Shown piece after piece: positions 19,123 to 27,843 of a stretch of DNA of 64,000 nt (the first letter of the stretch is position 1; each line of letters opens with the position of its first letter). The notes below the pieces were generated by a model. That model worked only from the letters and a program-made list of their open reading frames with translations. It did no database searches and had not been told where the DNA came from. Both the position numbers and the translations under genes were made by a program. The DNA comes from Candidatus Saccharimonadota bacterium (GTDB lineage: Bacteria > Patescibacteriota > Saccharimonadia > Saccharimonadales > UBA10212): positions 169,653-233,652 of the forward strand of contig JACPKF010000001.1 of NCBI GenBank assembly GCA_016187125.1, given 5' to 3'.

Positions 19123-20520
19123 TTAGTTTACTTTCGTTATCTCGCGAGCTCTATCACCAATTGAAATTGGATAAACGCCGTTAAAAAATGAGGTTGAAAA
19201 AACGCTAGCCGGCAAATTGGTGGACTCAATCATCCCATCGTATGACAAATAATGGAGAGAGTCGGACCCCATATATTTATTTATCTCCTCAACGGTCATT
19301 TTGGTGGCAATCAATTCCTGCTGGGTAGGTGTATCAATGCCGTAAAAGTCCGGATAACGCACTGGCGGTGAGCTGATCATAAGATGTACTTCTTTAGCTC
19401 CAGCCTGCCTAATCATCTTGACGACTTGGCGCATAGTTGTGCCCCGGACGATGGAATCATCAACTAAAATAACCCGCCGACCTTTTAAGCTTTCCGGTAC
19501 TGGGTTAAGTTTCATGGTTACATCGTGTTCGCGCATCTCTGTAGTAGGTCTGATAAAGGTGCGATGGATATAGCGGTTTTTGATTAAAGCTGCTTCAAGG
19601 GGGATACCGCTAGCTTGGGAGTAACCAATAGCCGCTGGTATGGCAGAATCGGGCACCGGCACAACTACATCACCTTTGACCGGCGATTCTTTGGCCATAA
19701 TCCGCCCAAAATTCTGCCGTACTTGATTAACCCGCTGACCAAGTAGCAAACTATCGGGGCGAGAGAAATAGACAAATTCAAAAATATCGAGTTTCTGATC
19801 GCCAGGTACTACTTGATGCGAAGTAATACCGCGTTCATCAATGACTATTAACTCGCCCGGTTTCACATCTCGCACAAATTCGGCGCCGATGGTATCAAAA
19901 GCACAAGTTTCAGAAGCCGCTACATAGCCATTCCCGAGCTTACCGATAGACAGCGGCCTGATGCCACACTTATCGCGGAAGGCCACTAATTTTGTCTTAT
20001 CCATGGCAATAGCCGAAAAAGCGCCTTCAAATAGCGGATAAGCCTTGATGATCGCCTGCTCTAGCGAATTGCCTTTGTCAAGATAGCAGCCAATAGCGGC
20101 AGCCATCATGCCTGAGTCGTTTAATTTGCCTACCGGTACTCCATGCTCATTTAAGAAAGCTGCCAATTTCTCCCAAGTCGGTAAATTACCGTTGTGGGCA
20201 AATGCAAATTGACGAGAGTAATCAACCAGCGGCTGGTTATAGCGAGCATCTGTACCACCAGACGTAGAATAACGATTATGGCCGATGGCCATGGAGCCAA
20301 CCAGTTGCTGCAAATCTTCTTCGCGGTAAACGGTAGCTACCAGCCCATGCGCGCTGTGACGATGAAGTTGTTTGCCATCTGAGCTAACAATACCAGAGCT
20401 TTCCTGGCCTCGGTGCTGCAAGGCCCACAGGCCATAAAAAGCGAGTCTGGCCGCCTCAAAGTCTGGGCCCCAGGCGCCAAAAATCCCACACTTCTCGCCA
20501 AGCTGTGCCTTATCAGCCAT
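19123..20520 (-). CDS. purF: Amidophosphoribosyltransferase
   Basis: 465 aa; N-terminal Cys nucleophile (EKCGIFG) Ntn-GATase plus PRTase domain. Confidence 0.95.
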   Translation of the reverse strand: MADKAQLGEKCGIFGAWGPDFEAARLAFYGLWALQHRGQESSGIVSSDGKQLHRHSAHGLVATVYREEDLQQLVGSMAIGHNRYSTSGGTDARYNQPLVDYSRQFAFAHNGNLPTWEKLAAFLNEHGVPVGKLNDSGMMAAAIGCYLDKGNSLEQAIIKAYPLFEGAFSAIAMDKTKLVAFRDKCGIRPLSIGKLGNGYVAASETCAFDTIGAEFVRDVKPGELIVIDERGITSHQVVPGDQKLDIFEFVYFSRPDSLLLGQRVNQVRQNFGRIMAKESPVKGDVVVPVPDSAIPAAIGYSQASGIPLEAALIKNRYIHRTFIRPTTEMREHDVTMKLNPVPESLKGRRVILVDDSIVRGTTMRQVVKMIRQAGAKEVHLMISSPPVRYPDFYGIDTPTQQELIATKMTVEEINKYMGSDSLHYLSYDGMIESTNLPASVFSTSFFNGVYPISIGDRAREITKVN

Positions 20521-20601
20521 AAATATTATTTAAATTAGTAGTAGATGCTTTCAAGTTCTTATTATAACACTTATGTATTGATCTAGAAAACATGTATTAT
20601 T

Positions 20602-21207
20602 TCATTTTTGGGCTAAAAATTTCTTAACTTCCTTGTATGTGGCACCGTTAATAGCTTGTGCTTCATATAAATTATCTATAAGTTCGGCAATAGTCATGGC
20701 GCTGTATAGTCTGTAACCTTTTTTACGCAATATTTCGCTACCGCCCTTTTCGTAATCAAGTAAGACTATAAAATCTTCTATTTTTAGTCCTTCGGCCAGA
20801 AAAGTCTCCATGGTCTCTAGCTTAGAATCACCTTTTGTAATCAAATCATCGATTATGGCAATCGTTTCGCCTTTTTTATATTCACCTTCAATCCTCTTAT
20901 TAGTGCCATAGCCTTTTGATTCTTTACGGCGATAAATCAAAGGTTTTTGCATCTCCAGTGATACAGCGCTAGCAATTGGCATAGCCGCGTAAGGGATCCC
21001 AGCTATGCGGTCGAATTTCAAATTTTTTAAGATTTTTACGTATTCTTGAGTGATGTATTTTAGAATTTTTGGGTACGAAACAAGGATACGAAGATCTACA
21101 TACATCGGCGACACAATACCGGATTTAAAAGTAAAATCGCCAAATTTAATAACTCCAATTTTATATAGTTCCAGCGCCAGTTTTTTCTTAGCCTCTTGGC
21201 TTAGCAT
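20602..21207 (-). CDS. pyrE: Orotate phosphoribosyltransferase
   Basis: 201 aa; PRPP-binding motif TIAIIDDLITKG. Confidence 0.9.
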   Translation of the reverse strand: MLSQEAKKKLALELYKIGVIKFGDFTFKSGIVSPMYVDLRILVSYPKILKYITQEYVKILKNLKFDRIAGIPYAAMPIASAVSLEMQKPLIYRRKESKGYGTNKRIEGEYKKGETIAIIDDLITKGDSKLETMETFLAEGLKIEDFIVLLDYEKGGSEILRKKGYRLYSAMTIAELIDNLYEAQAINGATYKEVKKFLAQK

Positions 21208-22034
21208 TATTCACTTCCTCCCTTAATTTTATCCCTTAGCTCAATGGTTTTTTGCCGCGCAACTTTAGCAAAATCATCTCCTGTGGAGGCAAAAATAATT
21301 TCCCGCGAGGAACTGATTATAAGCCCTTCCTTTTTGGAATTGAGTCCGGCTTCGAGGGTTTTTCGCAGATCGCCGCCTTGAGCGCCAACACCCGGTACTA
21401 AAATTACCATTTCGTCCCCGACTATAGCCCTGACTGACGCCAGCTCACGGGGGTAAGTCGCGGCTACTACCAACAGGCAATTGTTATTAGAGTTCCAGCG
21501 CTCAGCCACATTTCGGGCCACAACTTTGTAAAGTTCCTCGCCGCCTACTTTCAAGTCTTGGAACTCGGTGGCTCCCGGGTTAGATGTCCGGCATAAGATA
21601 ATAATGCCCTTGTCTTGGCGGCTCAAGAAGGGTTTCAGCGCTTCCCCGCCAAAATAGGGGTGCACGGTTATGGCGTCAGCCTTTAGATAGTCAAAAACAA
21701 ATCTGGCATAATGTTCGTTGGTAGTGCCAATATCGGCCCTTTTGCCATCAAGAATAACCGGTACATTTGGATAATTTTTTAAGATGTAGTCGCAAGTTTT
21801 CTGCAGTTGTTCAATGCCTCTGGCGCCAATACTTTCATAAAAAGCGCAGTTTGGTTTAAAGGCGCAGACGAGGTCGGCAGTAGCATCAATTATTGCTCTG
21901 TTAAAGAAAAGAAGCGGCTCAGCTTGGCTAGCGACAGACGCCGGTAATTTGGACAGCACTGGATCAAGTCCGACGCAAACCAGGGAGTTGTTTTTAGCGA
22001 CGCTCAACCCTAGCTTGCTTTTAAAACTAGCCAT
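21207..22034 (-). CDS. pyrF: Orotidine 5'-phosphate decarboxylase (type 2, long form)
   Basis: 275 aa; LVCVGLDP..., FKPNCAFYE motifs; 1-nt overlap with pyrE. Confidence 0.85.
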   Translation of the reverse strand: MASFKSKLGLSVAKNNSLVCVGLDPVLSKLPASVASQAEPLLFFNRAIIDATADLVCAFKPNCAFYESIGARGIEQLQKTCDYILKNYPNVPVILDGKRADIGTTNEHYARFVFDYLKADAITVHPYFGGEALKPFLSRQDKGIIILCRTSNPGATEFQDLKVGGEELYKVVARNVAERWNSNNNCLLVVAATYPRELASVRAIVGDEMVILVPGVGAQGGDLRKTLEAGLNSKKEGLIISSSREIIFASTGDDFAKVARQKTIELRDKIKGGSE

Positions 22035-22057
22035 TTGCCTTTAGTATAGTTATAGAG

Positions 22058-23155
22058 ATGGGAAAAACCAATCACAAACCGCGGTCTTTTTACGACCCTA
22101 GCAAAACCTATGATGATAATTTCGATAGTGGGCCGTCTCAAGTATTCCCCGACGAAAAAGTATATAAAAACCGCGGAGCTCCGAAATTCTCTTTCTTAGG
22201 CAGACCGCTTTACTTGCCTTTTGGCATCGCCGCTGGCCCCTTACCAAATAGTCAATACGTCAAGTACGCCTTTGAGCGGGGTTTTGACGCGGTTTGTTAT
22301 AAGACTCAGCGTAGCGTAGCTTTTAAAGTCAATGACTTCCCGAACGTCCTGTATGTTGATGTCGACGGCGATTTAACACTTGAAAAAGCCAAAAAACCGC
22401 TAGTTGGCAAATCCCAGACCACTAAACCACTTAAGCAGCTTTCTATCACTAATTCCTTTGGGAATCCATCTAGGGGACCTGCGTTTTGGCTGCCGGATAC
22501 TAAAAAAGCTTTGAGCTATCAAGGTCGTGGGCAGCTTTTGATATCCAGCGTAGTTGGTACTATAAAAGCCGGTTTTAGTGGTGAGGATTATTTTAATGAT
22601 TTTGCCAAAGCCGCCAAATTAGCCGCCTCTACCGGAGTTGAAGCCATCGAGATTAATCTTTCGTGTCCTAATGTCGCCAGTGAAGGCATTTTATGTTACA
22701 CCTATGATTCGGTAGTGTCTATCGTCGGCAAGGTCAAAAAAGTTATTGGCGATCTGCCACTAATTGTAAAGTTAGGTTATTATTCCGCCGATCAAAATCA
22801 GCTGCTAGCAAGAATTGTCAAAGCTATTGCCCCTTCTACGGCCGCTATTTCAACAATTAATACCATACCGGCGCCGGTGGTTGATGAAAACGGTAATCAG
22901 GCACTGCCCGGTAAAGGTCGTCTGATGAGCGGTATTTGCGGCGCCTCAGTTAAATGGGCCGGCCTGGAGATGGTCAAAAAACTAGATGGCTTGCGTAAAA
23001 AACAGGGCTATAGCTTCGAGATTATTGGTATAGGCGGAGTGATGAGCCCTAAAGACTTTCATGACTACCGGCAAGCTGGAGCCGATTTGGTTCAATCTTG
23101 TACCGGGGCGATGTGGAATCCTAACTTGGCAGCCGAAATTAAAGCCACACTATAA
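22058..23155 (+). CDS. pyrD: Dihydroorotate dehydrogenase-family flavoprotein
   Basis: 365 aa; TIM-barrel DHODH motifs (IEINLSCPN, GIGGV). Confidence 0.75.
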   Translation: MGKTNHKPRSFYDPSKTYDDNFDSGPSQVFPDEKVYKNRGAPKFSFLGRPLYLPFGIAAGPLPNSQYVKYAFERGFDAVCYKTQRSVAFKVNDFPNVLYVDVDGDLTLEKAKKPLVGKSQTTKPLKQLSITNSFGNPSRGPAFWLPDTKKALSYQGRGQLLISSVVGTIKAGFSGEDYFNDFAKAAKLAASTGVEAIEINLSCPNVASEGILCYTYDSVVSIVGKVKKVIGDLPLIVKLGYYSADQNQLLARIVKAIAPSTAAISTINTIPAPVVDENGNQALPGKGRLMSGICGASVKWAGLEMVKKLDGLRKKQGYSFEIIGIGGVMSPKDFHDYRQAGADLVQSCTGAMWNPNLAAEIKATL

Positions 23156-23261
23156 CCCTTACCTCAGCACATCTTTTCAACTTCCTCAATATTAGTAGAA
23201 GATCGGGCTTGTGTTATGTCAGGCTTGATATTACACTGAGCATAAAGGGAATGATTGTCAA

Positions 23262-24227
23262 ATGGTAACCGCTAACAATAAACGGCTCCAGATCCTCAGT
23301 GGCAGCTTGCACCGGGAATTGGCCCAGAAAGTGGCCCAAAAACTAGGCGCCCATGTTAGTCCAATCGAACTTGTGAAGTTTGCCAACGGCGAAATCAAAT
23401 GCCAGTTGGAAGAGTCGGTCCGCGGGGCCGACGTTTTTGTTTTTCAGACCCACGGCAACCCGGTCAATGAAGCCATCATGGAACAAGCGATCATCATTGA
23501 CGCCGCTAAGCGGGCCTCGGCCAAACACATCACCGCCGTCTGCCCACTCTTTGGCTATGCTCGCCAGGACCGCAAAGCTTCTGGACGCGAACCGATTGCC
23601 GCCAAGTTGGTAGTGGATATCTTGAGCATCGCCGGCGCCGACCGCATAGTCAGTCTTAATTTGCACAGCGGCCAGATTCAAGGTTTTTTTGACGGCCCCT
23701 TTGATCATCTAACCGCCTTACCACTTTTGGCTGAATATTTAAAGGGTCGTTTTGGCGAAGATTTTGTCATCGTCTCAGCTGATTCCGGACGTGTAAAAAT
23801 GGCTGGACGTTATGCTGATTACCTAAATACCGATCTAGCAATTATCCACAAGCGGCGCACAGCCACTAACCGCGCCGAGGCTCTGGACGTTATCGGTGAG
23901 GTCAAAGGCCGCAACTGTGTAATTGTTGACGACATGGTGGACACTGCCGGGACGGTAGTGGCGGCTGCCGAACAACTCAAAAAACACGGCGCCATCCGAA
24001 TTTCTGCCGTGGCCAGTCATGGGCTGTTTTCGCCACCAGCCGTTGAACGACTTAAAAAATCTTCGATTGATCATTTAATAGTAACCGACACGCTGCCCCA
24101 AACCGTTAAACTGACTAAACCCAGCCTTGAAGTAGTTTCAATCGTTGATCTTTTAGCGGACGCTGTTAAAGCCATCTTTGAAGAAAAATCAGTCTCGGCG
24201 CTTTTCGGCGGTCACAACCAAACCTGA
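23262..24227 (+). CDS. prs: Ribose-phosphate pyrophosphokinase (PRPP synthetase)
   Basis: 321 aa Prs family; TGA stop immediately before next gene. Confidence 0.95.
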   Translation: MVTANNKRLQILSGSLHRELAQKVAQKLGAHVSPIELVKFANGEIKCQLEESVRGADVFVFQTHGNPVNEAIMEQAIIIDAAKRASAKHITAVCPLFGYARQDRKASGREPIAAKLVVDILSIAGADRIVSLNLHSGQIQGFFDGPFDHLTALPLLAEYLKGRFGEDFVIVSADSGRVKMAGRYADYLNTDLAIIHKRRTATNRAEALDVIGEVKGRNCVIVDDMVDTAGTVVAAAEQLKKHGAIRISAVASHGLFSPPAVERLKKSSIDHLIVTDTLPQTVKLTKPSLEVVSIVDLLADAVKAIFEEKSVSALFGGHNQT

Positions 24228-24233
24228 CTTTAG

Positions 24234-24611
24234 ATGAGTGTTGTTAAGCTCGAAGGCTTGGTTAGGCGTTTTGATGGTAATGGTCGTAAATTAGGCTATC
24301 CCACAGCCAATATCAATACAGCCACAAATCTGTCAGACGGAGTTTATTTTGGTTTTGCAGATCTAGCTAAATATAGGCACCACCCAGCACTTATCTTTAT
24401 AGGTGCTCCGTTAACACTCGGCAACAGCCGGCGCCGCGTCGAAGCTCATCTGCTGGATATTGATGACGTTGATTACTACGACAACAATATACAGCTTGAG
24501 ATCCACCATTTTTGGCGACCCAATCAAAAATTCGAATCTACAGGGGAGCTTATAAAAGCCATGCAAGCCGACGAGGCGGCCGCCAGGCAATGGTTTGATA
24601 AAGTGCTATAA
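24234..24611 (+). CDS. Riboflavin kinase domain protein (monofunctional)
   Basis: 125 aa; GRKLGYPTANIN...GVY motif of flavokinase domain. Confidence 0.7.
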   Translation: MSVVKLEGLVRRFDGNGRKLGYPTANINTATNLSDGVYFGFADLAKYRHHPALIFIGAPLTLGNSRRRVEAHLLDIDDVDYYDNNIQLEIHHFWRPNQKFESTGELIKAMQADEAAARQWFDKVL

Positions 24612-25131
24612 TACCCCCGTTATGAGTACTTCTAATGAAAGGCGTGAAGTGATGGAAAATGTTCATATCGGACCGGTAACTGAATATTCGCCAGAATTAG
24701 TTGATGGAATTAATAGGCTTTTGCAAGAACTTGATCCAAAATTTGCTGATAGTCCGATAACGCGCGAGATCCTAGAAGAACGTATTCGATCAAACAGCGC
24801 TGATCAATTTGTAGCCACACTGAACGGAGAGGTTATTGGCTGCGGTGTGATGTCGGTTGTTCATGGTTCATTAGCCAAAAACGGCAAGCGAGGACATTTA
24901 GAGGATTTTGTGACTGATGAATCTTGGCGTGGCCATGGTATAGGTAGCAAGTTGTGGCTGGCCTTTATCGAGTGGTGTAGGCAAAAAGAGCTCGTTGCAA
25001 TGGGTTTTGATACGGAAACATACAGACCAGATGCGCTTAATTTTTATATTAACCGGGGAGCCGAAGTCCTCGAGGCAAATCGATTTTTGTGGGTAGATCT
25101 AACTAAATTAGATGGTCGATCAAGCCAATAG
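24595..25131 (+). CDS. GNAT family N-acetyltransferase
   Basis: Acetyl-CoA binding motif region RGHGIGSKLW; true start probably at MSTSNE (24622). Confidence 0.7.
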   Translation: MIKCYNTPVMSTSNERREVMENVHIGPVTEYSPELVDGINRLLQELDPKFADSPITREILEERIRSNSADQFVATLNGEVIGCGVMSVVHGSLAKNGKRGHLEDFVTDESWRGHGIGSKLWLAFIEWCRQKELVAMGFDTETYRPDALNFYINRGAEVLEANRFLWVDLTKLDGRSSQ

Positions 25132-26107
25132 TGACAATATCCCGTACGCTGCTCTGAAAAGTCTCTTCGATACGCCTACGAAATCTGTGCATAGATTTGG
25201 CAGCGGGATTGTTAATAAAACATATTTAGTAACCACAAGTAACGGCCAAAAAAATATTCTCCAATGTCTCAGCCCTATTTTTAATGAGGTAATGGTTAAA
25301 GATTTCGACGAAGTTACCAAACAGCTCCAAAAGGCTGGCTGGGAAGTGCCAAGTATTGTGCCAACCTTAGACGGTAAACTTTACTTAAAAGACGCGGAGG
25401 GAAAATTGTGGCGGCGTCTGACATTTATAGCGTCTGAACCTGTTAAAGTACCCGTACTAGATGATACTACTCTTTCCGAAATTGGCTCCTTACTAGCTAG
25501 ATTTCATAAAACCTTGGCCACAATAAGTTATAAACCCTCTTTCCAGATTCCTCATTTTCATGAGACCGAATACTTTGGGGATAGGTTGGCTAAACTACAA
25601 GCCTCAATGCCAAGCTTAGAAACTAAGGAGCTTGCGGTCGATATCTTGGAAGCCTACAAGGGTTTACCCTCTCTTCCCGGGGCTTCTACTCAACTGATCC
25701 ATGGTGACCCCCAACGGAGTAACATTTTATTTAGAAACGGCAAACCATTTACATATATCGACTTCGATACCGTTATGCCAGCAAATATCTGGCCTGATAT
25801 CGGAGACCTCTTAAGATCACTAGCCGAAGACAGCAAAAAGGCAAGCGCCCCATTTCCTTTAGAAAAGTTGGAGAAAGTTATAGATGGTTACACGCAAGTT
25901 TCACAGCCTATCACCGACCAGATTAAACTTCGAGACTCTTGTGTTGCCGCCATGAAAATAATAACTCTAGAACTTGCTATGCGCTTCTTGATCGACATTG
26001 TAGAAGATAACTATTTTGCATGGGATAATAGCCAGTATCCAAGCCGACAAGCTCATAATTTAGAGCGAGCAAAATTACAATGGAGTATTTATAACGATTA
26101 TGTATAA
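25112..26107 (+). CDS. Phosphotransferase of the APH/choline-kinase/homoserine-kinase-II superfamily
   Basis: Brenner motif LIHGDPQRSNILF and IDFD motif. Confidence 0.7.
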   Translation: MVDQANSDNIPYAALKSLFDTPTKSVHRFGSGIVNKTYLVTTSNGQKNILQCLSPIFNEVMVKDFDEVTKQLQKAGWEVPSIVPTLDGKLYLKDAEGKLWRRLTFIASEPVKVPVLDDTTLSEIGSLLARFHKTLATISYKPSFQIPHFHETEYFGDRLAKLQASMPSLETKELAVDILEAYKGLPSLPGASTQLIHGDPQRSNILFRNGKPFTYIDFDTVMPANIWPDIGDLLRSLAEDSKKASAPFPLEKLEKVIDGYTQVSQPITDQIKLRDSCVAAMKIITLELAMRFLIDIVEDNYFAWDNSQYPSRQAHNLERAKLQWSIYNDYV

Positions 26108-26669
26108 AGCTATAATTTTTGACTTTTTTGACGTCATACACACTGACCACCAAAAGGCTTGGTTGGCTAAGTATGGTTACAAGCGTGAAGGTGGATTTGC
26201 TGAGGCTTCAGACCAGCTGGATAGTGGCCAGATTGATCAGGAAATTTATTTTCAGCGCTACGCTCAACATAGCGGCAGTACTCCCGAAAAAATTAAACAA
26301 GAGTTTAAAGATTTATCAAAAATAGATAACGACATAGTTAAACTAATCAAAAAACTAAAGTCGCACTACAAGCTTGGATTGTTGTCCAATACAACGACTG
26401 ACGAGCTACGACCGATTTTGGATCAATATGATCTGGCGCCACTTTTTAACGAGATTATAATTTCGGCTGATGTTAAGATGACTAAACCCGAGCCCGAGAT
26501 TTTTCAATTGATATTAAAGCGTTTGCAGGTATCGCCCCATGAAGCAATTTTTGTTGACGACAACCCAAATAATGTTGAAGGAGCAAACGCCGTAGGTATA
26601 AAAGGCGTTCTTCATAAAGATTTTGATTCTTTGGTCGCTCAACTAAATAATTTAGGCGTAAAAACTTAA
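26100..26669 (+). CDS. HAD-IA family hydrolase
   Basis: N-terminal IIFDFFDV (DxD-like) motif, SNTT, VDDN motifs. Confidence 0.75.
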   Translation: MYKAIIFDFFDVIHTDHQKAWLAKYGYKREGGFAEASDQLDSGQIDQEIYFQRYAQHSGSTPEKIKQEFKDLSKIDNDIVKLIKKLKSHYKLGLLSNTTTDELRPILDQYDLAPLFNEIIISADVKMTKPEPEIFQLILKRLQVSPHEAIFVDDNPNNVEGANAVGIKGVLHKDFDSLVAQLNNLGVKT

Positions 26670-26676
26670 AAAACTT

Positions 26677-27843
26677 ATGGCACGCATACCAATTTCTGAA
26701 TACAGGGCCAAAAGCTTGCTGCTTGGCAGTAGCTACAGGGGCCTTAGCTTTAGGGTAAAAAATTCTTCGGCTAGGTTTAGCAAACTTGATCCAAAAGGCC
26801 GCTACGTTCTAAAGGTCGACCAAGGTATTAAGAAGCGTCATAAACAGGGCCTTTTAGCTGTTGATATAAATCCAGGGGCGGCTCCTGAATATATAAAAAA
26901 ATTTCAAGCCAAAGGTTATGAGCAGTATTTGATTGAGCCATTTTTACCCCACGCTGCCAAAGACGAAAAATATTTGGCAGTCGAACGGCTGCGCGAAGGC
27001 CTGCAGATACTTTATTCAAGGCAGGGCGGAGTCGACATTGAAGACACTGGCGCCGTAGTCGAAAAAGTTTTATATAAAGGCGGTCCGGGGGAGTTAAAAA
27101 AAGTCGCCGCGGCTCTTGGCCTTAAGGCAGAATTCTTAGAAACGCTTACCCAGCGTTTTAATCAACTACATATGACATTTGTGGAAATAAATCCTCTGGT
27201 TGTACAAGCGGGCAAGCCGCTGCTGCTGGACTGTGCTGCACAAGTCGACAGCGCTGCCGCCTATTTTACCGACGAATGGACTCTGGACGATGACACCTCG
27301 TCTTTGAATTTGAGCCCGGCCGAGAAAGCCGTGGCCGAACTTGAAGCCAATTCTGCCTCTTCCTTTTCATTAAAACTGGTCAATCCCGATGGGGCGCTGG
27401 GTATGTTACTTTCCGGTGGTGGCGCCAGCGTGGCCATAGCCGATGAAGTCTGTAACCTTGGCCAAGCCGATAATCTGCTTAATTACGGTGAGTACAGCGG
27501 AAACCCAACCGCTGAAGAAACGAAGCTCTATGCCATCCAAGTACTAAATCTACTCCTAGCCAGTCAAGCCAAAACTAAAGCTCTGGTGATTGCTGGTGGC
27601 GTGGCCAACTTCACCGATATCAAGCAGACTTTTAAAGGAGTAATCCAGGCGCTTGGTTCCAAGAAGAAACAACTCCAACAGCAACGTGTTAAAGTTTTTG
27701 TACGGCGCGGCGGTCCGAACGAAGTTGAGGGACTTGCTATGATGCGCGGCTTTTTGGAAATGAACGATTTACTTGGAGAAGTCAGCGGATCAGACGTGAT
27801 TTTGACGAAAGCTGTTGCCAGTGCCGTGGAGTATGTAGCATGA
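26677..27843 (+). CDS. aclB: ATP-citrate lyase beta subunit (ATP-grasp, ACLY N-terminal homolog)
   Basis: Collinear with the human ACLY N-terminus: ISEYRAKSLL / VLKVDQGIKKRHKQGLLAVDIN / YLIEPFLPHAAKDEKYLAV...GGVDIED. Confidence 0.85.
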   Translation: MARIPISEYRAKSLLLGSSYRGLSFRVKNSSARFSKLDPKGRYVLKVDQGIKKRHKQGLLAVDINPGAAPEYIKKFQAKGYEQYLIEPFLPHAAKDEKYLAVERLREGLQILYSRQGGVDIEDTGAVVEKVLYKGGPGELKKVAAALGLKAEFLETLTQRFNQLHMTFVEINPLVVQAGKPLLLDCAAQVDSAAAYFTDEWTLDDDTSSLNLSPAEKAVAELEANSASSFSLKLVNPDGALGMLLSGGGASVAIADEVCNLGQADNLLNYGEYSGNPTAEETKLYAIQVLNLLLASQAKTKALVIAGGVANFTDIKQTFKGVIQALGSKKKQLQQQRVKVFVRRGGPNEVEGLAMMRGFLEMNDLLGEVSGSDVILTKAVASAVEYVA

